Positions 11,901 to 25,136 of a stretch of 64,000 bases of DNA are shown piece after piece. The position numbers and the translations under genes were made by a program. Under the pieces are notes generated by a model, which was not told the origin of the DNA, searched no databases, and worked only from the letters and a program-made list of their open reading frames with translations. Origin of the DNA: Bilabrum cf. latius (lineage: Eukaryota); assembly GCA_965178125.1 (NCBI GenBank), contig OZ237747.1:186001-250000 (forward strand). The letters are read 5' to 3'. Position 1 is the first letter of the stretch; the number at the start of each line of letters is the position of its first letter.

Positions 11901-13668
11901 CGCGCGCCACACGCTCGCGGGGACAGAAGCCTCCCAGTCAGCCGCCCGCGCCTGCGCCCCCAGCTCGTCTGCCAGCCGATGGGCCTCCCTGGCGGTGCCC
12001 TCCAGCGGCGGCAGTGGCTCGTTGGCGCGCTCCATGACAGCCTAAAAGCTCGAAGCGGCCTCAGGGTCCCGCTGTTCCCCACCACCCCCGACACTACTGC
12101 CCACCAGCGAGGCGTTCCGCAGAGGCGCCGCTACGTCCACGGGAGGCGCCGCGAGGTCGGTCAGCGGCAGCTGCGAGATGACGGCGCGCACGATGGACTC
12201 GGCCTCCTCGAAGTCGCGGCGCAGCTGAGCCTCCCGACGGGTGGCCGGCGTGACTGCGGGGGTCCCTGGAACAGAGCTGCCGCCCGTGTTGAGGGCAGCG
12301 GATGATGCTGCCCTCCTCATCGAAGCAACCCGGATCGTGCCCATGCCCTGCGATGCGATCCGCTTCAGCTGCTCCCTCCGCGCCTGCTTCTTCTTCTGCC
12401 TGACAGCCATCGCCACGCTGCGCCCGTGGCTGAGGCTGGCCCTGCGCATGACGGCTTTGCTGCCCTTGGACAAGGCACTTGCCTTGGAGAAACCGCTCTC
12501 CTTGGACAGCTGAGAGGACTTGGAGCTGCGGGATGACACGGAGGACTTGCTACCACGGCGGTGGTGGCGGCGCCGCATGCTCCTGCTCCTGCTCTTGCTG
12601 TGCCTCCTCCGAGCGCCCGGCGACCCCTTGCTGCCCGGCGACCCCTTGCTGCCCGGTGACCCCTTGCCGCTGCCACTACCCCCCTCCTCCTCCTCCTCCC
12701 ACTCGCTCGTATCGGAGCTCAGGCCGTCCATCCCCTGCGACAGTCCGCGGACGAACTCGGCCTCACGCACGCGCCGCCTGGCCCTCCGCATCCGCCGCCC
12801 GTAGTCCAGGTCCAGTCCCCTGGGCGCCCTCGCCTCCACCCGCCGCATCTCCTCCCTGATCTAGCCCGTCACGTGCTTCTCGATCACCGCGGCGCTCCTA
12901 GACCGCTGGAAGCCCAGCTGTGTCTCTGCGAGCGCGGCGGTGATCTGGTACGCCGTGTTGGGAGGCAGCAGGTTCGCCTTGAGAGCCTGGGTGACCTGGT
13001 GCCGGGAGAGGACGGGGAGCTCCGGGGGACGCTCGAAGAAGTGCCTGACCTCGGCCTGGTCCTGCTGCCGCCGCTGCTGACGGGCCAGGGCCTGGGCGCC
13101 CCGGAGGCGCCTGCGGGACGTCTTCACGGCAGAGCCGCCCCCGATGGCGGACAAAGGGTCCTTCATGGCGCGGGCCTTGGCCCGACTGTTGCGCACGATC
13201 TGCTCCTGCACGGCGGCAATGTGCCGATCCTCCTCCTGGTCGGACGGAGCAGACTGCCCCGGGCCCGCGCTGCCTTCGCCGGGCGCATTTTTGGCATGCT
13301 TACCCTCCTCCAAGTCGCTGCGGGGAGTCGCATCCGCGGTCGAGACGGCGACCGAGCCAGAGTCCAGCTCGACCCCTGACCCTCTCACTGCTCCGGCCCT
13401 CCCCAGGGACACCTGTGACCGCACCAGGGGCAGGAGACCGCCGCTCCTCCCCCCAGACTACTAGTCTCGCCCGGCCTACTACTAGTCTCGCCGAAGGCTC
13501 CACCGACCGCTGGATCGACTGCTGGACTTTCTAACAGCGGCCGAGAACGGGGGTGGCCTGTCCCTCGTGCTGCTGCTGCTGCTGCTGCTGGTCTCGACAG
13601 CCTCATCGATCTTGCCCCCGACATTGTGGCCTCCAGCTGACCGGCCCAGATCCACGCCGGGGGGCACT

Positions 13669-13699
<31 letters not shown>

Positions 13700-16600
13700 G
13701 CATGGCGGCAGAGGACGGAGCGAACCCCGTCCTGTGTTCCCCCGCACCGCTGCCGAGCCCCTACCCCCGCTGGCCGGGGCTGAAGAACCGCAGAGAACGC
13801 ATGGCCTAAGACACTGCCTTCGGGGAATCGCCGCGCTGCCCCCCGGCTCGGTGGATGGACCGGATGGCGTCCTCGGCGTGCTGCTGCGTGCGACCCACCG
13901 CGAACTTCTCCGCCAGCGCGGCCTGGCGCTTCTCTTCCTCCAGCTGCTGCAGCAAAGGGTCCCTCCTCTTGGAGGGCAGCTGCTTTGCCTCTTCTTCGCG
14001 GAGCGCCCACTCCGCCAGCTGCAGGTGCTTTGCATCCATCTCCCGAGCGTCCTGCCACTCGAGGAAGGATGACCCACCGGCGCCGTCACCTCCTCCGCCC
14101 CCCGCATTCGAGTCGAGCCCCAGTCGGCCCGAGGGCGACCCGCCGCCGAGCGCGCTCCCGCGCCCATGGCCGCTCGCAGACTGCATCGAGTCGGTCGCCT
14201 GGCCCCCGTTTCCTACGAGCTGCTTCTTCTTGGTGCGCATGACGCCCGCAAGTGACACGCGCTCTCGTCCCCCTTGCCTGCTCTTCTTCCGCCCGCCCCC
14301 TCCCGCCAGATCAGACACCAGCATGACCTGCCACATGCCCCGCAGACTGACGCGAGCCGGCGCAAAGTCCCCCTGCCGCCCCATGAGGCTCAGCTTCAGC
14401 GACCGCTCCCCCCGACCATGTCCCCCCGCATCGGTCTCCGCCGCCTCGTCCCCTTGTTCTTCCGCGACAGGGATTGGATCACGCGGCGAGCCGGCCTGCC
14501 CCGCCTCGTCCCCTTCCCCTGGGCCGCCGCCGCCCGACGACGAAGAGAAAGACCGCAGGGCGGGCGGCAGCAGCGGCTGCTCGCCAACGTCCCCGTCCTG
14601 CCCCCCGGCTCCCTCGGGCCCCTGCCCCTTGATCGCCTGCTCGTCGTGCGCAAGCAGGTAGCTGGCGGCCTTGGGACCCAGCGCCTTTGCGATGCGCTCG
14701 GCAAGAGGCTTCTTGTTGGCAGCCTGCACGGCTGCTGTGGTGTCCGGCAAGGCACCCAGGTCTGCCCCCGCGTCCACCGTGGCAGCCGCAATGGCCTCCG
14801 ACAAGAACGCAGGGGCGCGGTGCATGCTGCCCGCGCCCCCTCCCATCCCTCCCCCGCCCCCTCCTTGCTTATCCACCTGCGCGATCAGGTCCCGCACGGC
14901 AGACTCCCCAGGCTCCGGGGCCACCACAACGTCGGCATCCCCTAGTCCGTCCAGACCCTGGATGGGCGCGCGCCCGGGCGACGGGGCACCTCCGCCTCCC
15001 GAGCCCTGGCCTCGGCCCCGCGCCAGCGATCCTTCGGCCCCCGCGCCTCCTCCTGCATTCCCACGGAAAGAGTCGCTGGCGGCCCGCCCTCCCGCGCGCG
15101 AAGACGAAGACCCACTCGCAGCTCGCACCATGCTGCTTCCCAGCGAGCCTGCCCCGCTGGCCGCGCCAGAACCACGATTCGACTCCCCAATCTAGGCGTT
15201 GCCTCCTGCTCGTCTACCGCTCGGTTGCCCGCCCCCAAGGCCCAGGAGATGGCCCACGTCCTGGTGCAGGCTCACGAAGCTGCCGTGAGACACGCCTTCC
15301 TCCACCCTCCGGGCGTTCTGCTTGGCCTGCTAGGAGGAGGTACTACCGCCAACCTGCTTGCCACCCCGCCTCTGCCCCGCGGGTGACTCCCCCGACTCGG
15401 AGCCGACCCCTCCACCGCGAGGCACCTCCGTCTCGATGCCGCTGTGCCCACGGGCCGCCTGCAGGTCCTGCTCGCTGTGCCCCCGCACCCTCCACTGGAC
15501 CATCCAGCGGTCCCTGCCCTGCCCCTGCCCCACCGTCCGCAGGGGAACAGCGGTCGGCCTCCACATGTACCTGTTTCGCTCCCCCGCGCCCATCACGCCC
15601 GGCTCCGTCGTGCGCCGAGGCACTGGTTCCTGCGCGGCGGATCGACCGCCTAGTGAGGCCCCTCTCTTTGCTGACGTCGCCGCCGCCACCCGCATCTCGA
15701 CTGTGGATTCCTCCGCACCCCCAGCCCTGCTGGGCCCGCCACCCTCTCCACCCCCGGCCGATGAGGAGCCCCCCCGGGGGGCACTCCCCTTGTCCCCCTC
15801 TGTGGGGCCCGGGCCTTCCACCGCCGGGTCCTTGACATTGGCCCCTCGCCGGATGCGGTCCATCCCGGGCATGATCCGGTCGAAGGCAGGGTGCGACGGC
15901 TTGAGGAGGCTCACCTGAGAGCCCAGGAGCGCGCCCCCCTGGGCCTCTAGCATGACCAGGTCACCCTCCTTGACCCTGCCGCTGTTGCTCCCGTCCCGCG
16001 CGTTGAGCACCCGGAACACGGTCACGGCCACGGTGGGCTCGCCCGGCCTGGGCAGCAGCTTCTTAGTCTTGCGGGCGTCCCTGTGCACCCGGTGAGCGGA
16101 GTGCGACACCAGCGGCATGGCCTCTGCCCACCCCGATCCCGTGTTCCCACGCAGCACGTCGCTGCTCCTTGCCGCCTGCGCCGCGTCCTGCCCCTTGTTC
16201 CCTCCACGGCCCTTCTCGCCGCCCTTTGCCTTGGACCGCTGACTGGTCTCTTTTTCTTGTTCCTTGGACTGCCGCAGGGCCTCGGCCATCTCGGCCGCCT
16301 GCGGTGCCTCGGGCGCAGAGAAGGCGGCCAGCTGCAGGAAGCCACCGCTGGCCGCGTTCCTCAGAGCCACGAGGGAGCCGTACGTGATGCGCGTGCCAGG
16401 CAGGTGCATGGGCAGGCCGAGGTCATCCACATCCTCCTCCTCACCGCCCACCTCTTGGCCCCGAGCAGTCGGCCCCTGCCCCTGCCCCTGCCCCTGCCCC
16501 TGCCCCTGCCCCTGCCCCTGCTCGGGCCCCTGTCCGGGTCCGTCCTGTCCCAGCAAGCGAGCTTTCCTGAGAGCGAAGGAGGCGCTGCTCGCCAGCGCAC

Positions 16601-17397
16601 GACCACCATCGGGCTTGTCCCCGCCTGCAGTCGCATTCGCTGCACCCGCACCAACACCAACCAAACCCTCCTCCTTGCCCCCCGCCCCTGCCTCACCGCC
16701 GCCCCCGATCGCCGCCGCCCTCCTCCTCCTCGCCTCCATCTCTTTCTGCTCGGCATCCTGCTGGCGCAGCTCTCCGGCCCGCTACCGCTGCAGCTGCACC
16801 AGACGGTGAGCGGCCGCCTCCGTCTCAATCATCGCGCGGCGGGCCACAGCCGGGTCCGCGCTCCGCCTCGGGTACTGCCCCGAGTCCAGGAGCAGCTTTC
16901 CTTCCGTGTACCGGCGCGCCAGCCGAGCCGCATTCCCGCTCTCCAGTCTGTGCGCCAGCGACTTGTACAGCGAGGCACCCGCCTCCTCCTCCTCCGCCAT
17001 CCGCACCAGAGCCGCCGCCTCATTCGCCGCCCTCCTCGTGGCGTACTCGAGCACGCGGGGCTCCACCAGCTGCCCCCTCGCCGTCAGCGCCGCGCGGGTG
17101 GCTGCCACCGCCCTTGCCATGGCAGCCGCCTACATGGGCGTGGTCTGGGGGAGCAGAGTCTCGGCCGCGAGCGGGTCCAGCAAGGGCATGCCCAGAGCTT
17201 CCCGGTCTGAGATCGGAACAACAGCAGCAGCTGCAGAAGCAGTGCTGCCCCCTGGCCCTGAGTGCCCTGGCCCCCTCGCAGAGGCCCCCTTGGCCCTGCT
17301 TCCAGTGCTGGCGTCCATCAGGTCTAGCTGCTTCGACAGCGCACCCTCCGTGAGAGTCATGGCCTCCTCCTCCTCCTCATCGTCTTCTTCCTCGCCC

Positions 17398-17429
<32 letters not shown>

Positions 17430-18494
17430 GCCATCAACCCCCAGTTCGCTCTGGAACGGACGCCTGCCGCGGCCCGTGCTGCTAGCGGCGGACTGTCCCA
17501 TCGGCCGGGCCTGCTCCTCGTCCGGCCCGCTCCTCGCACTCGTCACACCCCCGGTGCTCGCACGGACCTGCCAGGCCCCCATGGCCTGCATGCTCCTGGC
17601 CAGCAGCCTCCGCTTGAGCCCCTCCGCAGACACCAGCGCATCGGGCCCGGCTGCGCGCACGCCCACCACTGATTTGTAGCCGAATCCGCCGCCCACGCCT
17701 GCCCTGCTGGCAGAGAGACTCGCGAAGCGGCCGCTTGCGCTGACTGGCGGGCGTCTGTGCGGGGCGGCTGTTGCTCCATCAGTGGATTTCGGCAGCCCGT
17801 TCGAGGCGTCAGTCGCAGAACCAGCTTCTTTAGACTGCTCCTACTGCTTCTGCTGCGCCCGCTTCTCGTCAATGTCCTTCTGCTCCTGCTGAGAGTATGC
17901 GCGACGTGGCTCAAGCCCCGCGCTGCTGTCACGAAATCCCAGGGCTGCCATCTCAAAGGCTGACAGCTTCTAATCCTTGCTTGCCTCATCCGATTCGTCG
18001 ACTGTCGCTGCTGCAGTTCGCATTGGAAGCACCTGCTTTGGTATATTGCGTAGGGTGCCGTCTGCCTCCCGAAGCGTGTCCATGATAGACCCAGGGGACT
18101 GTCCCAGCCGCAAGCGGGTAACCACAGCTCCGGCCTAGCGTGCCCTTCTCATCACATAGCTTGCGGTCTTGTCAGGGGAGCGCTTCCCTTTCGCTTTGGC
18201 AACCGATGGAGTGTCTGCACCAGCATGTGCTTGCACCACTTGCAGACTCAGGGGATTGGTCCCCGGCAGTTCTGTCTTCGGTCCACGAGAATCGCCAATA
18301 GATAGTGATGTTATGCGCCTTCTCGACATGCCCGTCCTCTACGTTCCGGCGGATCCCTGCGGATCTTCAGCATGATGCTGAGTGCCTGGCAAGGACGGCA
18401 GAGATATCGATCGGTCGTCAAGTCGTGACCTGAGCTTTGGCCGAAATGCGTGCCTCTACTAGTTGCGTTTACGAATCGGCGTTGAAACTCTCAT
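8907..18494 (-). CDS. Giant low-complexity protein (about 3,195 aa) with an IQ-like motif and a possible beta-trefoil/MIR-like region
   Basis: A dozen minus-strand ORFs share one frame and are separated only by TAG (about 22). I found no TAA or TGA between ATG 18494 and TGA 8907-8909. IQ-like AVRLVQRAFRMRKRFR lies near 11800-11845. RITYGSLVALRNAASGGFL..FRVLNARDGSNSGRVKEGDLVMLE lies near 15940-16390. Confidence 0.75.
10855..10903. repeat. (GCTGGT)n coding microsatellite
   Basis: About 8 tandem hexamers encode the APAPAP tract of the minus-strand giant protein. Confidence 0.9.
16473..16521. repeat. (CCCTGC)n coding microsatellite
   Basis: About 8 hexamers encode QGQGQG on the minus strand. 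Confidence 0.9.
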
Positions 18495-18649
18495 GACTTC
18501 ATTGGCAGTGCCTCACAGTCCGTTCCAACCCAGCGCTGGTCCGTTTGGCGAACCCGTCCTGCCGAACGTTCCGTAGATGACTGCAAATCCGGAACAAGCT
18601 CCCGAAAATCATTGTGACGCCGATACGAGACTATATTCCCGAACTTAGC

Positions 18650-19665
18650 ATGGCTGGTACTAGCGAAAGCACCAAGCTGCCCAAGATTACCTACTTTGCG
18701 ATCCGAGGGCGAGCAGAGTCAGTTCGCCTTGCGCTAAGGTGAGGCACAGCACAAGTCGAACTGCCCCGTGGCCCTTGCGCTGGAAGTACCACCGGCGAGT
18801 AGGCTGGGTTGCTGGCCGATATTGTATACATTCGCTATGAGGTTATGGATGGCTGCATATGTACGGCTCATTTTTCGAGCTGCTCATCGCGTGTTTGTCA
18901 TTCGGAGGCACGCGGCACAGGGCACCCAGTTGCCTTCAAGTTGCCACGTGTCAGATTGTTCAAGCACTGAGAAGCTGGCGGGAGCACCGTGGCATAACAT
19001 CTTAGTATTGACACCTTGCACTCATATGACTATCGCCATCCCGCAGCGACCTCGCCGGCGACGGGAAGTGGGAGAACGATGTGGTTGCGTTCGAGGACTG
19101 GCCCAAGCTCAAGACTGAGGGCATCAAGTCTGGTAGGTTCCCATTCGGGCAAATCCCCGGTTACGAGGACGACGAAGTGTCTGGCCTGGTCCAGATGAAC
19201 GCGATCCTGCGCCACATCGGTCGCAAGTTCGGTGCAGCCGGGGCGGGCGCAGCGGAGCAGGCCCGCGTGGACATGGTGATGGAGGCAGTGGAGGACGCGC
19301 GGAGGGCGTACCTGAAGCTGATCTACACGGAGAGGCTGGAGGCCGACAAGCTGGAGGAGTACGCCAAGATGCTGTCGGACACCACCGTGCGCGGGGGCGG
19401 CTTCCTGGCCCAGCTGGAGCGCGTGCTGGTGGAGCAGTCCGGCTCCGAGGGCAAGTTCCTGGCCACCGAGAAGGGCCCCTCAGTCGCTGACTACACGGCC
19501 ATGGACCTGGTGCAGTCCATCGTGCGCATCGTCCCCGAGGCCCTCAAGCCGCACGAGGCGCTGGCCAACTGGCTGTCCGGCATGGAGGCGCGCGAGGGGA
19601 TCAAAAAGTACATCGACAGCAAGCCCGCTTGCAGGGAGGTCGTGAACGGGAACAGGCTGGGATGA
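18650..19665 (+). CDS. Glutathione S-transferase (Tyr-type, sigma/pi-like); exons 18650-18738 and 19047-19665
   Basis: KITYFAIRGRAESVRLAL|SDLAG is joined across the intron at 18739-19046 (gtgagg...cgcag). Motifs: FPFGQIP, LVQMNAILRHIGRKFG and SVADY. No in-frame TAG. TGA stop. Confidence 0.9.
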
Positions 19666-20016
19666 AGCACGTTTCGGCCCGGGCGCATGATAATGCTGCC
19701 GGTTCAAGTGATGGTGCGCAGAGCAGTGGCAGTATGGTAGCCCGTGCAGCTTCAAGTTGATGCCACGCCGGCGGTGCTGACGGTGCCTCATCAGTGATGA
19801 TGACGAGCTCTTTGCTGCTTGCTTCGAACTGGTTAGGCGTGCACTTGTTGCTGTCTTCGTTGGCGATTGTCTGCACAGAATTGCACTAAACTATCGTTTG
19901 AAACAAGTTGGTGCTCTACACAGGCTAGCTACTGCTGCTACCTGACAGTCTAGTCCCAAGTTGACGGGTGACGTGAGCTGCTGCAATGCCCGGCAAGAAG
20001 GGCGGCGATCAGAGCG

Positions 20017-22327
20017 ATGGTGTGGCAGCTGAATCCAGTAGTAAGATATACACGTAGCATACTGGCGAGCGCAGCCGTCATGGCTTCGGCTAAATGTCCA
20101 TGTAGGGCCGTACCTATGCCACGTCTGCACAGCACTTTCTTTCATTCCGCAGAAGGCAGAACTCTGACAGGAGTGTCACCGCCACAGCTTCCTCCCGCCA
20201 TTCAAAGTCAGGCAGAACAAAGTGCCGGCTCAGTCATGGTTGATGGCGCTCCGATCGCGTCCAGCACGGAAGCTCGGGCAGCTGCTGGCGGAGCATCGTC
20301 AGCTTTGGCCGAGGACCCTGACTTCGTTCCTATGCAACCATTTGCCCGTGCCGTGCTTGGTGGCCCACTAGTTGTTGCTGTGATGCGTTTTCTTGAAGCT
20401 GAGGCCGCGGCAAGGTCGCAGCGAGTGTCGCGAGCATGGCGCGCTGCAGGGAGGGACGAATGGCTGTGGAGGCGCCTGGCTCGGCTGGCATGTCGCGTGA
20501 ACGACGATAAATCAGTTTGGAAAAGCGTAAGTGCGTGCATTCTTGCATTCACCGCGAGCGTGGACTGTCCGAGCAAGCATCCTGGCCAACCACCCGCCAT
20601 TGCTTTCCTCCCTCCTCACCCGATCTCAGGCCCTCGACTCTGCGAGAAAGCAGCGCAGCTGGCTCTCAGTGTATCCAACCTTGCCTCGGGTGCGTTCCAA
20701 CGGGTGCTACCGCCTGCGCGCCTCGTACATTCGCACTGCCTACCGCGACATGTGGCACAACCCGGGCCCCATGCTGCAGTGCGTCTTCCACAGGGTCTTC
20801 TAGTTCAGACCCGACGGCTCGCTGCTCTACACGCTCGTCCCCGGCGAGCTGGACCAAGTGCTGGGCCAGTTCTAGAGGAGCAAGCGATCGGACACGGTGT
20901 ATGGGGGGGCCTACAGGCTGGACGGTGACCTGGTGCGGGCACTAGTGCGCATGCGCAGAGGCCTGTGGGCCCGGTGGAGGCTCCGCATCCTGGACGGGAG
21001 CAGCTACCACACGACCACACCGTTCGCATTGACATCCTGCGATAAGTACACGGATGCCGAGGGCAGGTTCCAGCTGCCCCCCAACATGAGACTAGAGGTG
21101 CTGTCCCTGCAAGTGCTCTCCCCGCCCAAGGAGCTGGACCCGGTGCAGAGGCCCGAGCTGCTGGCGGCGGAGGCCGAAGAGGAGGGTAAGATCGAAGAGG
21201 CTGAGCCGCAGGTGGACGGCGGAGCACACCCTGCCGATTCTGGTGCCGGTGCTGGTGCTGGTGCTGGTGCTGGTGCTGGTGCTGGTGCTGGTGCTGGTGC
21301 TGGTGCTGGTGCTGATGCTGATGCTACGGCATCGGGCTCCGTCGCTTCGAGTGCGGCATCGGCTTTGGCAGCAGAGGAGCCCACTGGCAGCAGCGCGCCG
21401 CTTGGACAAGAGGGGCCTGGCACGAGCGGGACTGCAGCTCAAGATGGCCCCTCAAGCGGGGCAGGGGCGTCCATTGCACCCGCGGAGTCAATAGAACAGG
21501 GAGACAGCAGGAAACCGTTGGAAGTTCCGGTGAAGCAAGTAGGTGCTGGATCAGGCGAGGACGGACAGGTCAGCACCGCCGGTCGTTCTAGCCCTAGTTC
21601 TGAGACGCCCGGCGAGGCACCATCGACCCAGGGAACAAGTGCACCCACCCAGGGAACAAGTGCACCCACCCAGGGAACAAGTGCACCGCAGGGGCCCCAC
21701 CCTCACGGCTCCCCATCGCTACGATCCGCCGCCGAGGTACAGGCCACCATCGAGAGCCTGGACCTGGTGGGCCCCGTGGCCGCATCGGACGACTACGCCA
21801 CTGCCTCTGCCAAGATGGCGGCTGCTGCTGCGGTGGGTGGGGCGCACGCAGCCCGGGCGGACATGGTGCAGCGGCAGGCCCAGGATGACGCAGCCATCAT
21901 GCGGCGAGCGGCGCAGAAGAGAGAGGCCCCTTCTTCTCCTGCTTCTCCTTCTCCCGCTGGCATTGGGCAAGGGCAAGGGCGCGGTTCCACGTCTCGGGGG
22001 ACTGGGAGGGCGCGAGGCGGGGCGGCCTCATCCACGCTGGGAGCTAGCAAGAAGCTGAGCAAGGCGCAAAGGAGGTAGCAAGGCAAGAAGAAGCAGGTCA
22101 AGAAGCAGACGGCGGACGATGCGGCCTCATGGAGCTGGGAGCGCACGCGGGTTCGAGTCCCGGTGGATAGTCTGCTGTGGTGGCGAGGCGAGGACGATGT
22201 CATGCGAGCGCAAGTGCGGTCGTGCGGCTGGGACGTGGAAGATATTGAGGGCACTCGCGAGATAGAGAACGATGGTGAGATTTTCGATTTCGTGAACGAG
22301 GAGGGCAGGGTGCTCGGCTTGTTCTGA
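20017..22327 (+). CDS. F-box protein, FBXO9/Hrt3-like; start could be 20017, 20080 or 20236
   Basis: The F-box VVAVMRFLEAEAAARSQRVSRAWRAAGRDEWLWRRLA precedes the intron at 20527-20629 (gtaagt...ctcag). WLSVYPTLPRVRSNGCY..YIR..HRVF[TAG]FRPDG resembles FBXO9 RPRVRFDGVY..YIR..YRYLRFFPDG. TAG at 20801, 20873 and 22076. TGA at 22325-22327. Confidence 0.75.
21241..21325. repeat. (GGTGCT)n coding microsatellite
   Basis: About 12 hexamers encode GAGAGA in the F-box gene and decay into GATGCT. Confidence 0.9.
21626..21690 (+). repeat. 21-bp tandem repeat, 3 copies
   Basis: ACCCAGGGAACAAGTGCACCC x3 encodes TQGTSAP. Confidence 0.85.
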
Positions 22328-22626
22328 GCCTCTGAGCCCGATGCCAGCAGTGATCGTCACCCCCCGCGGGCTCGTGCGGATGGCCAAGTGATTCACGGAA
22401 TAATTGATCATTGATCTTCAGGACTCGATTCAGTAGGCCTAATTCACCGCGTTTCCTTGCACTGGTTTGCCCAATGGCCCTGCGGCCGACAGACCGTCAG
22501 GCGCCGCACGCGTCCCATTAAGTGGGGCTCGTGGATCGGACCCAACGCATCCCGGATGCCAAGCAACAGTTTTTCATCATTGCACGACAAAGACAGGCGG
22601 CAGAAGAGGGATAGCTATCGCTGCCC

Positions 22627-24743
22627 TTACAGCTGCTGGGTGCTCCCGTCCCTGCCCGGGGACAGAGAGAGCTGGCTTGGTGGGCGGGACGAGGCGGGCA
22701 TCGTGCCCACGGCTCCCTGCGAATGCAGGTGGCCGCCCGGCGGCGCTCCCGGAGCGCACGCCACGGAGAAGCCTGAGCCATCTGAGCCAGAGGGCCCGGG
22801 GACCAGCTGTGCCGCGGTCAGCCCTTCGGACCCCAGGTGCAGCCCCAGCCTGTGCCCGTACCCGCTGGCATGGTGTGCCCCCAGCCCCACCATGGACTGC
22901 ATCGGCGCGGGGAAGGTGAGCCCGTCCAACTGTGGCACCCCTGTCCCGCCCTAGCCGATTCCCCTGAACATGGCCGCGGCGGATGATGAAGACGAGTTCA
23001 TGGAGGCAGAGGACGGGGATACCCTGAGTCCATTGAGCCCAGGGGCACTGCCAACCACGGCAGGCTGCCCCGACCCTGCTACTGCCCCCCTTCGCATCGG
23101 GTGCGACGGGAGTCCTTCCGGGGGGATTGATCCGGGCGAGTGCATGCCTCCGTGCGCCTGTTTCTGCGGGAGCAGCTGGCCGGTGCGCTGTCCCCTGCCA
23201 CTGCTCATTGCAAATGACCCGACGCTCTCCAGGCTTGGGCTCTGGTGGCCGTCCCCCGTCCACTTGAAACCGGCAGTGTCCATCAGCCCTGGCTGCAGCT
23301 GCACGGGCTGGCCGGCTGCGATCTGGGGAGGTCGTCCGTGCAAGCCATGCGCGGGCATCCCTCCGTTCCCGGATGCACCAAACGACAGTACAGCCGAAGA
23401 GCCTTGCGGCGGAACAGGTCCTACCGGTGAGCTCCCTCGACCTGCGTCTGGTAGCCGCACGGTGTGGCCGGACCACGCCTGCTATCTCGGATGCTCCCTC
23501 GCCATGGCTTGTACCCCTATCATCGGAGACGAATTGATGGATCCCGATGAACCAGTCTGCACCGAAGAAGGAGCGCCAGCTGAGCCTTGAGCGGAAGATA
23601 TGCCGGTTCTGGCCCGTAGCTGCCAAGAAGAGCCATCCTTCGGCGATAGCCCAGCTTGAAGGCCCTCCTCTTGGGAGCTAAGGCCGAGCGATGCTTGACT
23701 GCCCCCAGATGATGCGCCTGCCCGACCGTGTGCTGGTGGTGGAGCGCTTGCCGAAGGCAGATACTGCCCGCCGGATGATTGAGCTAGACCTGCCGTGCCA
23801 GCCGTCCCACGGAAGATCGGCTCCTTCGCGGCTGATGTCGGTCCAGTCGTACCCGTTGCCGCCGTCATTGGATGCTTCTGCATGTTTCCAGCATACGAGT
23901 TTCCGTGGCCGCTTGAATTTGCCCTGACGGATCGCATGATGCGTGCTGCAGCGCTGGCAAGATTCAACGGCGCTCCTGCGATCGACCTGTGCTCGACCGT
24001 CGAAAGCGGGCCATATCCGGCTGCTTCCATTTCTTCCTCGTCTGCATCACCGTCATCATCGTATAGTGTCAAGCTGTTCGGCCGAAACGACGCATCTGGT
24101 TCGAACAGAAGCCCCCGGGCGCTCTCGACGGTTCGCTCCATCAGCTAAGCCCGCAGCAGTGCATGCGGACTCTTCCCACCCGGTGGAGGCGGCGGATGCG
24201 AAAGTTCCTCGGCATACCTTGGCAAAACCATCTGTCCTACCACCTCACCAAGACCTCTATGCGGATACATGCACGCCGAGTCCAAGGTTGCTCGCAAGGC
24301 GTCTCTCTCGGCGGTCAAGCTTGCAACGAGCCTCTCCAGTCCCTTTATATAGCCGCGTTGTCGGCTTCGATGCAACTAAGCTGACCGTCTGTTGCGCTAC
24401 CTGCGATATGGCAACGAATTACCGCGCAGTACATGCCGAGATCTCAGTCAGCGGTGCGAACAGTCGAATGGACACAGATTCGAGCGCAGCTGGTACGGCA
24501 GGGGCGTGGCGCGGGACGGGAATCACACGCACCTTTTCTTATCCTAAGTTGAGTCATCGTGGTCTGCGGAGGGGCAAACAAAATACGCAGCAGACAGAAC
24601 ATGGTGAAGCCGGTCTAGTTGCCCTTCTCAGGAACACTTGCACAGTCGGCATTGATTCCACTGCAATCTACCACATTTCGCGGACATGCACCCGTCAACG
24701 CAGGAGACGAGCACTTACCTCCCTTTCTCTTTCTGGGAAGCAT
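22627..24743 (-). CDS. bZIP transcription factor with a long disordered C-terminal region; exons 24743-24719, 24563-24533 and 24400-22627
   Basis: Introns at 24564-24718 (gtaagt...cgcag) and 24401-24532 (gtgcgt...cgcag) give MLPRKRKGDHDDST[Q]DKKR[Q]RNRRSA[Q]LHRSRQRGYIKGLERLVASLTAERDALRATL, a basic region plus leucine zipper. Six TAGs. Ends at TAA 22627-22629. Confidence 0.8.
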
Positions 24744-25136
24744 AGAAGTCGCGAAGGTGCGAATTGCCAGCAATGCGTCAATGCCTCGGGGAAACGTGTG
24801 GTGCCAACGGAGCCAGGTCGAGTGGCAGCGGCGCCGCGCAACTGGAGCGGTCGCAACTGATCCCCTTGGTCGCATGGCTCAGCAGGTGCCAATCATTGCG
24901 AGAAAGAGCGCTCGGGAGCGCTGAATCTATTGATGGATGCTAGGAAAACATCTGTGATGACTGTTAGTCGCTTCGATAGGCTAGAAAAGAGCAAGCAGCG
25001 TGGGGTACTTCGCGACCGCCAGACGGACGTGGCTACGTACGTAGCGGGTGACTTAGCTGCAGCTTGCGGTCAAACAGGATCGTATGTCACCAAGTAACGC
25101 TAGATTCATATCTGGACCACTCAGCGCTATGCTACT

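Noticed and set aside
18739-19046. ncRNA or extra exon in the long GST intron
   Set aside because: There is no convincing C/D or H/ACA box pair, and the flanking exons already join into a complete GST N-terminal domain.
10855-21690. CRISPR-like or mobile-element repeats
   Set aside because: The repeats are spacer-less, in-frame coding micro- and minisatellites. I recognised no transposase, reverse transcriptase, LTR or TIR.
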